The notes below the pieces were generated by a model. The model saw nothing but the letters and a program-made list of their open reading frames with translations, had not been told where the DNA came from and did not search any database. From Acidobacteriota bacterium (lineage in GTDB: Bacteria > Acidobacteriota > Terriglobia > 20CM-2-55-15), in the NCBI GenBank assembly GCA_003222815.1, contig QHXC01000418.1, positions 111 through 64,110 on the forward strand: a DNA stretch of 64,000 bases, given 5' to 3'. The position numbers and the translations under genes were made by a program. Position 1 is the first letter of the stretch, and each line of letters starts with the position of its first letter. Positions 55,769 to 64,000 of this stretch are shown here, in pieces.

Positions 55769-57382
55769 CTATTGATAGGTGAAGACGTAGACGGCGCCAG
55801 CCCCTAATGCCGAGTTGTCGTTCTGGTTTCCATTGATGCCCTTGGCGGCGCTGCCTTCGCCGCGGGCGCCGACGGCCATGAGCCTGCCGTCCTTGCTCAG
55901 GGCCATCGCGCTTCCAAACTCGTCGTACGCCTCGGCGTTCGAGGCCTTGACGTAAGCCTGCTGGGCCCAGGTACTGCCGGTACGAGTGAAGAGGTAGACG
56001 GCGCCAGCGTCCTCGGCCGCGTCGTCCGGTTGCCCATTGATGCCCCTGGCGCTTCCATTTTCGACTTGCGCGCCCACCGCCAGCGTATCGCCGTCGCCGC
56101 TAAGAGTCAGGCGGGAACCGAACCAATCTTCTTTACCCGGGTTCGAGGACTTGATGAACGCCTGCTGAGTCCAGGTAGTGCCGTTGCGAACAAAAACGTA
56201 CACCGCACCGCTGGAGTTATCCATAGGCTGGTCGTTGTCGCACACAGCAGGAGCGCCAGGAAAGACACCAGGCATCATGCAGTCTTCGTCGGCGGCGCCG
56301 CCCGCGATGGTGTTGCCGTCCTGACTGATCGCAATCGCGTATCCCAGTGAATCGCCGTTCTCGGCATTCGAGGCCTTGAGATAAGCCTGCTGCGACCACG
56401 TGGCACCGGTCCGCGTAAAAACGTATATCGCGCCTGAGCCACGCCTGCCCTTGTCCTGAACCCCGTTGATCTCTCTGGAGGAACCGTCTTCGTCGTAGGC
56501 GCTGGCCGCCAGCGTGTTGCCATCGGCGCTCAACCCCACGGAATAACCGAACAGGTCGGCGGCATCCGTGTTTGAGGTTTTGATATACGCCTGCTGGCTC
56601 CAGGTCGTGCCGGTCCGCGTGAAGACGTAAACGGCGCCGGACCCCGGCTGTGAGTTGTCGTTCTGGTCGCCGTTGATGCCCTTGGCACCGCTGTCCTCAC
56701 CGATGGCGCCCACCGCCAGCGTGTTGCCGTCAGCGCTCAAACCGATGGAGAAGCCGAACTGGTCTCCATCACCGAGTTGATCTCCGACTCCCGCCTCGCC
56801 TGTGTTCGAGGCTTTGATATACGCCTGTTGGCTCCAGGTGGCACCCGTGCGCGTGAAGACGTACACTGCTCCGGCCTGAGGAATGGAGTTATCGTTCTGG
56901 TCTCCATTAATGCCTTTAGCGGCACTGGCCTCATAATAGGCGGAGACGGCCAGAGTGTTCCCGTCCTGACTCAACGACACAACGTATCCGAATTTGTCGC
57001 TCTGTCCCGGATTGGACGCTTTGATATACGCTTGCTGGCTCCAGGCCTTGTTTCTACGCGTAAAGACGTAAACCGCGCCGGCGCTGTAGACCGAATTGTC
57101 GTTCTGGTCGCCGTTGATGCCTTTGGCCCCGCTGCTTTCATAAGGAGCGCCCACCGCCAGCGTGTTGCCATCACCGCTGAGAGCAACACCGTGTCCCTCC
57201 AGCGTGCCGCCGTTGCCGAAACGGTCACCCATCTCCGTGTTCGAGGCCTTGAGATAGGCAACCTGCCTCAATTGCGTAGAGGGCGGGGAGAAAGAAACCG
57301 AACGTGTTTGCGCGCTCGCAATGACAATGGTGCCGAGGACGGCCAGGCACAACAAAACACCCGAAAGCTTTCTGCCTTTCAT
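55769..57382 (-). CDS. FG-GAP (integrin-alpha-like) repeat protein, 8 repeats, secreted
   Basis: About 57-aa repeats of the form DxFGxSVALSxDGNTLAVGAxxExSxAxGINGxQxDNSxxxAGAVYVFTR. Confidence 0.8.
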   Translation of the reverse strand: MKGRKLSGVLLCLAVLGTIVIASAQTRSVSFSPPSTQLRQVAYLKASNTEMGDRFGNGGTLEGHGVALSGDGNTLAVGAPYESSGAKGINGDQNDNSVYSAGAVYVFTRRNKAWSQQAYIKASNPGQSDKFGYVVSLSQDGNTLAVSAYYEASAAKGINGDQNDNSIPQAGAVYVFTRTGATWSQQAYIKASNTGEAGVGDQLGDGDQFGFSIGLSADGNTLAVGAIGEDSGAKGINGDQNDNSQPGSGAVYVFTRTGTTWSQQAYIKTSNTDAADLFGYSVGLSADGNTLAASAYDEDGSSREINGVQDKGRRGSGAIYVFTRTGATWSQQAYLKASNAENGDSLGYAIAISQDGNTIAGGAADEDCMMPGVFPGAPAVCDNDQPMDNSSGAVYVFVRNGTTWTQQAFIKSSNPGKEDWFGSRLTLSGDGDTLAVGAQVENGSARGINGQPDDAAEDAGAVYLFTRTGSTWAQQAYVKASNAEAYDEFGSAMALSKDGRLMAVGARGEGSAAKGINGNQNDNSALGAGAVYVFTYQ

Positions 57383-57808
57383 TTACTTTCGCGGAGCCGC
57401 AGCCGGCAGCTCATAATTGTTCGTGCGGAAGAGTTCCTTGCCGCTATCGGTCATCACGATGTTGGCTTTCTCTGTCAAATTGATGTACGGCGCGCCACTC
57501 TTGACGCGCCGGCCGGTGATCGTGATTTTGTCTCCAAACTTCAGAGTGTTCTTCGTCCAACCGAAGTTCTTTGCCAGAGCGTTTCTTCCACCCATTTCTG
57601 CCTGCCACCGCACCTGTTGGCCCTTCTCATTGGGGATGTCGAGGACGATGATCGAATGCGGATCGACCAATTGCACCTCCACAACGGTTCCCGTCATCAC
57701 GATCACGTTTTCCTCGTAACGCCCCGCATCTCCGTGATGGGCGAAAAATGGAACCGGGGTCAGCAGACTTGCGGCGACCACAAACAACATGAGTACCTTG
57801 CTCTTCAT
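57383..57808 (-). CDS. small secreted hypothetical protein
   Basis: ATG at 57808, 11 nt after AGGAGG. Signal peptide MKSKVLMLFVVAASLLTPVPFFA. Confidence 0.5.
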   Translation of the reverse strand: MKSKVLMLFVVAASLLTPVPFFAHHGDAGRYEENVIVMTGTVVEVQLVDPHSIIVLDIPNEKGQQVRWQAEMGGRNALAKNFGWTKNTLKFGDKITITGRRVKSGAPYINLTEKANIVMTDSGKELFRTNNYELPAAAPRK

Positions 57809-57974
57809 ATGAAACGACACCTCCTGGCGTGAGTAATGTCACATGATTTTCTGTCGTGTGTCAAACACCCGCGTCGCTCCCCTTCGCCAATTCAAATGCT
57901 GCTGCAAGCCTGGTGCGCGCGCCGGGCTGCGCGAGCACGGAGTTCCCATCCACCGGTTGACATTCAAATCGTGA

Positions 57975-58005
57975 CGGTGATACGTTCCCGCCAAAAAAAA
58001 GGCGT
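57975..58005 (+). promoter_or_regulatory. candidate sigma70-like promoter (TTGACA-17-ATACGT) upstream of TonB-dependent receptor gene
   Basis: Read by eye. Lies 30-60 nt upstream of the ATG at 58039. Confidence 0.25.
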
Positions 58006-58038
58006 TGTATTTCAAATCATCGACCGGAGGAGGTCTAT

Positions 58039-61000
58039 ATGTATTCTTTGACATTCGGCATCCGTGAACTGCGGCGTAGCTCTGCCCCGAAGGTGGTTCT
58101 AGGTCTGTGCCTCTCAGTGTTTCTGATTTCTGTGCCAGTATTCTCGCAAGCGAATATGGGTCGTATTCTCGGAAGCATCACGGACTCATCCGGCGCGGTC
58201 ATCGGCGGCGCCAGGGTGACCGTCACGGATGTGGAGAGAGGCACATCACGGGTTCTGACCACAGACGAAGCCGGAGCGTACAACGCGCCCAGCCTTCTTC
58301 CCGGGACATACCTGATCCGGGCCGAGCTTACAGGCTTTAAGAGCATCGAGCGCCCGAATGTCGTGTTGGAGGTTGGTCGGGAACTCAAGATCGACTTCTC
58401 TCTCGAGCCCGGCGCGATTTCCGAAAAGGTTACCGTGACCGACGAGGTCCCGCTGGTGGAGACCACGACCGCAGTCCTGGGCGGCACGCTGCAACCTGGA
58501 ACGATCGCGGACTTGCCTTTGAATGGCAGGAATTTCATGAACCTGCTGCAACTGCGGCCCGGCGTGACGATCTACCCCGGCGGCGGCGCCTGGACACAGA
58601 CCACCAACGGCCTGCGTCCCGAGCACAACGTTTATATTCTGGACGGTATCACGGCCATGGAACCCCTGGGCGGCCAGAGCACCATCAATTCAGTCAGCCT
58701 CGCCGGCGACGCTGCTTCGCTGTTGGCGATCGACACTATCCAGGAGTTCACGACGCAGCAGAATCCCAAAGCAGAATTCGGTTGGAAGCCCGGCTCCGTC
58801 ACGAGCGTCGCGCTGAAGTCCGGTACCAACATGTGGCACGGGACGGGCAATTTTTTTGGACGCACCGACCGGACGGACGCGAGAAACCCATTTCTTGCCG
58901 GTGATCAGAAGCAGCAAATCAGCCTCAAGGAGTTTGGGGCCACGCTTGGTGGACCTCTCAAGAAGGATAAAGCGTTCTTCTTCTTTGCGTACGAAGGTCA
59001 GCGCTACACCGTAGGAAACCCGACGGTGTATACCTACCCCAGTCTGGATCCGAATGCGCTGCCGATCGCGGGAACCACGACAAGCCTCGTGAGGGCCTGT
59101 AATACGGTGAGGTCTGCGGGTACACCGCTGAGTGCGACCAGCCTGAAGACCTCGGGGCTCGATGCGAATTGTAATCGAACCTCCGGCTATTCCATTTTCG
59201 ATCTCCCGTCAGTGTTCGAACGCGCGAAAGACGCTAATGGCGCCGCCGGGGCCAATATTTCCGGAAGCCTCAACACCGAGTATTCCGTAGACGGCGGCCT
59301 GGCAAAAGTGGATCTCCATTTTGGGGATAAGAATACGGTCAACGGTAAGTATTACGTCGGCACGCACCGAGGATTGGTTGTTAACAGTCAAACCATCACT
59401 CAGCCTTACTGGCGGCCGAGCGATAATGCGTGGGTTTATTTTTCAGGAGCGCAGTGGGACTATGTCCCCAGTTCCTCCGTAGTCAATACGTTCCGATTTG
59501 GTTATAACCGGTTTTATCAATGGTTCGAAACATCGGATTGCGAGGGTTCGGGCAATGGCCAGCCCGACTACGGCATTCCCTTCGGCTACGGCACATCGAA
59601 ACCCGTCTGCGGGTTTACGAACATCACGCTGACCAACTTCTCCGGCAGCATCGGTTGCTGCTCCAGCTTCCCCAAGTACTATGGCCCGGATAACATCTTC
59701 GAGTTCATCGATAACGTTTCGTATTTGCGCGGACATCACACCTTCAAGATGGGAGGCGAGTCCCGCAGTACAAGCATCGGGCACGGAGGCACATTCAACC
59801 GCGGCCGTGGCCAGGTCACTTTCAGCACGCTGGAAAACTTCATGTCCGGGACGAGCAGCGGCAATGGACAGATTTTCATTGGCGACCCGCGCCGGCACGT
59901 CAGCGGACAGGCGATGGCAGCTTTCTTCCAGGATGACTGGCGCATCACACCGAGGCTGATGTTGAACCTTGGCGTGCGCTATGAGTACACCACGCCAATC
60001 ACGGAAGCCCACAACCAGTTTGCGAACTTTGACGCAGCCCGTGGCCTCTTGCAATTGGGAAAAAACACCGACCAGATGTGGAAGCCAGATAAAAACAACT
60101 TCGCGCCGCGCGTGGGTTTCGCCTGGGACGTGCAGGGCAATGGAAGGACCGTGGTGCGCGGAGGCGCCAACATCACTTACGTTACACCGGGCTGGTGGAT
60201 CTTCCTCTCCCAGCAAAACAACAACAACCCGTCCGTTGGTCTGGCCACCAACCCCAGCGGATTCCTGCTTTGTAAGGGTGCAGTGAACACGGCGGGTCCC
60301 GGTTGTGCGCCCGGTGTGGCAACCGACCCGACGATCGGCGACATCCGGTCCGCTGGTCTGCCGCTCCCGCCCGCGACAGTGACGGGTGGCGTGCAGGCGC
60401 CGGTGCCTGGGCAGCTCAACTGGAATCAGTCTGCTGCGGTATACGGAGGCAATATTTACCCTAGCTCCAGCGACACAAGTGTTCTGAAATGCGGGACCAA
60501 CCGGCTCTGCACCGTCCAGGCGACGAACCCAAATCTGAAAAACGCCTACGTCATGAGTTGGTCTCTGGGTATTCAGCATGCCATCACGCATAACATCTCA
60601 CTCGACCTCAGCTATGTCGGCAACCATGCCACGAAGTTGTTGGCTCTTGAATACACAAACACTCCGTCTCCAGGCGCCGGGTATTGTCTCGGCTTCACAC
60701 CGGCGCAGATCGCGGCAGTCGCGGCCGCCAGCCCGGCCACACCTTGCCCAACCGCGATCACCGTTTCGACCGGCACCAATGCTACGGCGATTCAGCTCTC
60801 AAGGCCGCTCAATGGCCAGTTTCCGTACTATTCGTACATCTACACCGTGTCGAATCCTCTGCATTCCAATTACAACGCAGCGCAGATGACGCTGACCCAG
60901 CGGGCCAGCCATGGTCTGTCCTACACCGTCGGCTTCACCTTCTCCCATGCCCTCGATCAGCAGACCGGTGAACGCGGCGGGCCCAATGGAACACCGGGAG

Positions 61001-61749
61001 ACTTTAGAAGTGATTACTCGAGCAGCGATTTCGACATCCGCAGGCGCTTAACCGCGACGGTCACTTATGCCCTTCCTGGCAAACCAGGTTTCAAACAGAT
61101 GCTGGAAGGCTGGAAGCTGACTTCCATCGTCAGCATTCAGAGCGCGCTGCCGTGGGGTGTCATCGGAAGCCGGGGTTCGGATCCCTCGGGAATCGCCGAA
61201 TTCCAGGAGCGATGGAACTTCTTCGGGGACGCGAGAGACTTCAGCGGCCGTAAAACCAACTCGGTTCCATTCTTCCTGCCCGGGGCAACGCCGCCGGTTG
61301 GGCGTAGCGCTTCCGAGCTGGCCATCAATAACGCGGCTTGCACGGCGGTTGCCGGGCCTCCGGGATCGCTCAGTTACGTCGCGCTTCAGAGATGGGGTTG
61401 CTTTGTAGAAGGCACATCCGTGATGGTTCCTCCGGCTATCGGAACCACCGGCACTATGGGTCGCAATACATTCCGAGGCAATGGCCTCCACACGTGGGAC
61501 GGCTCAGTGATAAAAGATTGGAAATTTACTGAGAAATTCACGGGCGAGTTCCGGGCCGAGGTCTTCAACCTTCTCAACCAAACCCAATACGGCAACCCCC
61601 AATTCAATGGTGCAGGCGGCAACACTCCATTCGGAACGCCTGGGAGTTTTGGCGCGTCGCAGGCCACGCCGGATGTCTCGAATAACAACCCGTCGCTCGG
61701 GAGCGGTGGCTCCCGCGAGTTTCAGTTCGGATTTAAGGTGATCTTTTAA
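58039..61749 (+). CDS. TonB-dependent receptor / outer-membrane protein with N-terminal CarboxypepD_reg-like domain
   Basis: 1236 aa. Signal peptide. CarboxypepD_reg (GARVTVTDVERGTSRVLTTDEAGAYNAPSLLPGTYLIRAELTGF). Plug motif ADLPLNGRNFMNLLQLRPGV. C-terminal beta-barrel ending in the aromatic FKVIF. Confidence 0.85.
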   Translation: MYSLTFGIRELRRSSAPKVVLGLCLSVFLISVPVFSQANMGRILGSITDSSGAVIGGARVTVTDVERGTSRVLTTDEAGAYNAPSLLPGTYLIRAELTGFKSIERPNVVLEVGRELKIDFSLEPGAISEKVTVTDEVPLVETTTAVLGGTLQPGTIADLPLNGRNFMNLLQLRPGVTIYPGGGAWTQTTNGLRPEHNVYILDGITAMEPLGGQSTINSVSLAGDAASLLAIDTIQEFTTQQNPKAEFGWKPGSVTSVALKSGTNMWHGTGNFFGRTDRTDARNPFLAGDQKQQISLKEFGATLGGPLKKDKAFFFFAYEGQRYTVGNPTVYTYPSLDPNALPIAGTTTSLVRACNTVRSAGTPLSATSLKTSGLDANCNRTSGYSIFDLPSVFERAKDANGAAGANISGSLNTEYSVDGGLAKVDLHFGDKNTVNGKYYVGTHRGLVVNSQTITQPYWRPSDNAWVYFSGAQWDYVPSSSVVNTFRFGYNRFYQWFETSDCEGSGNGQPDYGIPFGYGTSKPVCGFTNITLTNFSGSIGCCSSFPKYYGPDNIFEFIDNVSYLRGHHTFKMGGESRSTSIGHGGTFNRGRGQVTFSTLENFMSGTSSGNGQIFIGDPRRHVSGQAMAAFFQDDWRITPRLMLNLGVRYEYTTPITEAHNQFANFDAARGLLQLGKNTDQMWKPDKNNFAPRVGFAWDVQGNGRTVVRGGANITYVTPGWWIFLSQQNNNNPSVGLATNPSGFLLCKGAVNTAGPGCAPGVATDPTIGDIRSAGLPLPPATVTGGVQAPVPGQLNWNQSAAVYGGNIYPSSSDTSVLKCGTNRLCTVQATNPNLKNAYVMSWSLGIQHAITHNISLDLSYVGNHATKLLALEYTNTPSPGAGYCLGFTPAQIAAVAAASPATPCPTAITVSTGTNATAIQLSRPLNGQFPYYSYIYTVSNPLHSNYNAAQMTLTQRASHGLSYTVGFTFSHALDQQTGERGGPNGTPGDFRSDYSSSDFDIRRRLTATVTYALPGKPGFKQMLEGWKLTSIVSIQSALPWGVIGSRGSDPSGIAEFQERWNFFGDARDFSGRKTNSVPFFLPGATPPVGRSASELAINNAACTAVAGPPGSLSYVALQRWGCFVEGTSVMVPPAIGTTGTMGRNTFRGNGLHTWDGSVIKDWKFTEKFTGEFRAEVFNLLNQTQYGNPQFNGAGGNTPFGTPGSFGASQATPDVSNNNPSLGSGGSREFQFGFKVIF

Positions 61750-61819
61750 TCGTTGTCGTCCGGTAGTCCCAGGACTTGGTCGTCTTCTCTGAAAACCCGG
61801 TGTGGCCGCGTGTATGGCG

Positions 61820-62740
61820 TTAGAAGGAATTACCGATGAAAGGCAACATGCGGCCACAGTATATGACTCCAACCCAGAGGAATATTGCAGACGCAGCGAT
61901 AACTTTTGAGGTTAACGGCGCGTCATCTCCCGGTCCTAAAGCCCAGGGCTCGTCGAACATCGTCAGGTAGAGGAGGTTCACTCCAGCGAGCATCACTAGA
62001 ACTATCTTCCAGAAGAAAGCAACATTTTGCGTGTACTGTCCGGGAGTTGCGATGAAGAACAACATGCCGGTCATGGAATTGATACCGAATCCCAAAATCC
62101 CCAAAGGTAACATCCGATGCAACGCAGCAAATGGCAGGTTTTTCCCTATGCCCAGCATTCGCAGATTAACTACCAGCACAACGCCCAACAAGAGAGCCAG
62201 CCCGATGAAGTGAAGGGTCTCGCTTGCCGGCCATACCCACGGGCGGCCAAGGACGAACGATGCAATGGAGGCGCTCTTGATCCATTCGGAGCCCACTGTT
62301 CCAGACGCAATCTCCGGATGGCGGATATCACCACCGATGTCCGCGGCTCTCGCCATGAGGACCAGGGTCACCACCGAAAGCAGCAGGACGGCTGACAAGT
62401 TCCAGCGCGTCGGACGTGAGATCCGCCGAAACTGCCACAGTCCGAGCCAGGCGACGAGGCCAGTGATCTCCATGAGCACCAGTGCCGGAAGCGCCGCATC
62501 CCGGTGTGTTTCAACCAAGTCTTCGGACACGCCCTGGCGGCCCTTAATCGCCGCCTGGGCGGCATTGCCAGTCATATACGTCGGAAGCGACAAGAGAGCA
62601 ATGCCGAAGAAAACTGCAAGGCTGGCTCGCTTGAGGTCGTCACTTTTTCCAACGAGGGAAACAAGGAATAAGCCAAGCGCAATAACTGTGCCGACAGTCG
62701 GGACATGATTTAGTAAGAGGTGTAGATGTATCAGATTCAT
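61820..62740 (-). CDS. polytopic membrane protein of unknown function
   Basis: About 8 hydrophobic helices. Adjacent to sorAB. Confidence 0.45.
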   Translation of the reverse strand: MNLIHLHLLLNHVPTVGTVIALGLFLVSLVGKSDDLKRASLAVFFGIALLSLPTYMTGNAAQAAIKGRQGVSEDLVETHRDAALPALVLMEITGLVAWLGLWQFRRISRPTRWNLSAVLLLSVVTLVLMARAADIGGDIRHPEIASGTVGSEWIKSASIASFVLGRPWVWPASETLHFIGLALLLGVVLVVNLRMLGIGKNLPFAALHRMLPLGILGFGINSMTGMLFFIATPGQYTQNVAFFWKIVLVMLAGVNLLYLTMFDEPWALGPGDDAPLTSKVIAASAIFLWVGVIYCGRMLPFIGNSF

Positions 62741-63088
62741 AGTGACTCCTTAAAACGCAATTCCCGGAGAGATAATAGCGCAGATTGAAATTTGCGTAAA
62801 ATCAGGAGCCCTTTTGACAGGGTTCGGAGCGTGGTACCACAATCAGCGCTTTCTTAGGGCTTGCGCAAAAATAACTTGGCAGAATGCGGGCTCGGGAGGA
62901 TCTGACTAATGTTCAATTCCCAATGCTCAATTCTCATCCGAAAGGAGAAGCGGCCGCAGTGGAACATTTGTCAATCCGACATCCACTTCGGATGAGAATT
63001 GAGCATTGGGAATTGAGCATTGGTCAGATCCCCGGTCGGATTCAGGGCAGCGGATTCTGCCAAGTTATTTTTGCTCGAGCCCTTAGCG

Positions 63089-63619
63089 CTATAGCCTGTC
63101 TGGGAAGCGCACGATGAATCCATCCCGGTTGGGCATCCGCACCTTGGGCAGCGTCTGGGCGTTCATCGTGTCGTTCTCTCCAATGAGTTTGTTGAGCGAG
63201 AGAATGTAAGCGGTCAGTGCGTAAACTTCGTCGTTGGCGAGCGATCTCGGTTGCCGCCATGGCATTGCGCGGCGAATGTAATCGAAGAGGGTTGTCGCGA
63301 ACGGCCAGAAGTTGGCGATGGTCTTCTCCGACTCCATATCCTTAATCGGGCCGCCGCCGACCAGCGCGGCGTTGGCGCCGCCTTTGCCGTTTTCGCCGTG
63401 GCAAATCGAGCATTTTGCCGCGTAGATGCGGGTTCCCTCGGCGGGCGTGCCGCTGCCGGGCGGGAGGCCAGTACCGTCCGGCAGGATGTTGATGTCCCAG
63501 GCCGCGATCTCGGACGGATTGATCGGCTTTCCAAGATTTGGCGCTTGGGCGAAGGCCGTGCTCGAACCGAGAGCCAGCGTGAGCGCGACAACGGATCCTT
63601 GAAGCTTACGCGTATACAT
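63089..63619 (-). CDS. sorB: sulfite dehydrogenase cytochrome c subunit (SorB-like mono-haem cytochrome c)
   Basis: Signal peptide. CSICHG haem motif. Overlaps the sorA stop. Confidence 0.7.
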   Translation of the reverse strand: MYTRKLQGSVVALTLALGSSTAFAQAPNLGKPINPSEIAAWDINILPDGTGLPPGSGTPAEGTRIYAAKCSICHGENGKGGANAALVGGGPIKDMESEKTIANFWPFATTLFDYIRRAMPWRQPRSLANDEVYALTAYILSLNKLIGENDTMNAQTLPKVRMPNRDGFIVRFPDRL

Positions 63620-64000
63620 GCTTCACCTCCCCGCTGCGCTCGATCGCCCATGTCGTGATGGCGTTGTAGTGTTGGCTCGGGAAGCCGGTGACGGGCGGAA
63701 CGCGCGTGGTCTCGCCGCGCACACTCACGATCTGGGCTCGGGTCGGCTGCACGTAACCAGCCTCGTCCCACGCTCGGCTCTGCAATGCCGCGGCGCCGCC
63801 GTCCCAACGCCACGGCACGCGGAACCGGGTGAACGCTTTGCTGTGCACGGGCTCCTGCAGTGCGGCTTGCGCCCAGCTCTGGCCGCCGTCGGCCGACACC
63901 ATGACCTTTGAGATCCGGCCGTGGCCCGAATAGGCGACGCCCGAAATCTCATAGAAACCGGGCCCTTTCAATGCGAGCCCGGGCGAGGGGTGGGTGATGA
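63606..64000 (-). CDS. sorA: sulfite dehydrogenase / sulfite oxidase molybdopterin subunit, C-terminal dimerisation domain (5' part beyond window)
   Basis: MVSADGGQSWAQAALQEPVHSKAFTRFRVPWRWDGG...AWDEAGYVQPTR matches the Mo-co oxidoreductase dimerisation domain. The ORF runs off the window edge. Confidence 0.7.
   Translation of the reverse strand, partial: ITHPSPGLALKGPGFYEISGVAYSGHGRISKVMVSADGGQSWAQAALQEPVHSKAFTRFRVPWRWDGGAAALQSRAWDEAGYVQPTRAQIVSVRGETTRVPPVTGFPSQHYNAITTWAIERSGEVKHVYA

Noticed and set aside
56777-57832. ORF 56777..57832(+) 351 aa
   Set aside because: Antisense to the FG-GAP repeat gene and the small secreted protein gene.
59443-60591. ORF 59443..60591(-) 382 aa
   Set aside because: Antisense to the TonB-dependent receptor, which has plug, barrel and C-terminal Phe.
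1-64000. Mobile elements, CRISPR arrays, tRNA/rRNA genes
   Set aside because: No transposase or integrase motifs, no regularly spaced direct repeats with unique spacers, and no cloverleaf-compatible segments were found. The REP-like repeats lack coding capacity.

Overview
This is a high-GC bacterial chromosome segment. I found no rRNA, tRNA, CRISPR array, transposase or integrase. The gene content and architectures suggest Acidobacteriota-like origin (inference): a roughly 1200-aa TonB-dependent receptor with a CarboxypepD_reg-like domain, many Tat/Sec-secreted beta-propeller and cytochrome c fusion proteins, and FG-GAP and NHL repeat proteins.

Coding content, in order:
- a multi-domain S8 subtilase carrying a 24-bp tandem repeat and a disrupted second catalytic domain
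- a TPR protein, a GAF-fused alpha-glucan phosphorylase, EttA, and a STAS/MoxR pair
- GDPD, an FAD oxidoreductase, a second STAS protein, a Tat-sulfatase, a ChrB-like protein and ComEA
- a tauE-cysH-cysD-cysN sulfate assimilation operon, preceded by a leader carrying an intrinsic-terminator hairpin; cysN is disrupted at its 3' end
- two Tat-signal amidohydrolase-2 paralogs, an amidohydrolase, a PQQ-dependent alcohol dehydrogenase, a cupin, an NHL protein and AsnB
- two adjacent cytochrome c/beta-propeller fusion genes
- a glycan cluster: a 912-aa polytopic GT-C-like membrane protein, an NAD-dependent epimerase and a DPM1-like GT2
- a Tat-secreted KG-rich protein interrupted by an in-frame TGA
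- a REC-adenylate/guanylate cyclase with a decayed 3' end
- a translationally coupled operon of four genes: ferritin-like protein, M14-like peptidase, class A beta-lactamase-like protein and M28 peptidase
- further c-type cytochromes, a beta-helix protein, an FG-GAP protein, and a sulfite dehydrogenase sorAB at the window edge

Non-coding structure:
- a family of about 80-bp nested palindromic REP/MITE-like repeats at five or more loci
- a perfect 27-bp inverted repeat in the moxR/GDPD divergent promoter
- a shared palindromic motif family following cytochrome c genes

Four genes (S8 domain 2, cysN, the cyclase, the M14-like peptidase) show internal deletions or frameshifts. These are either real pseudogenisation or assembly error.
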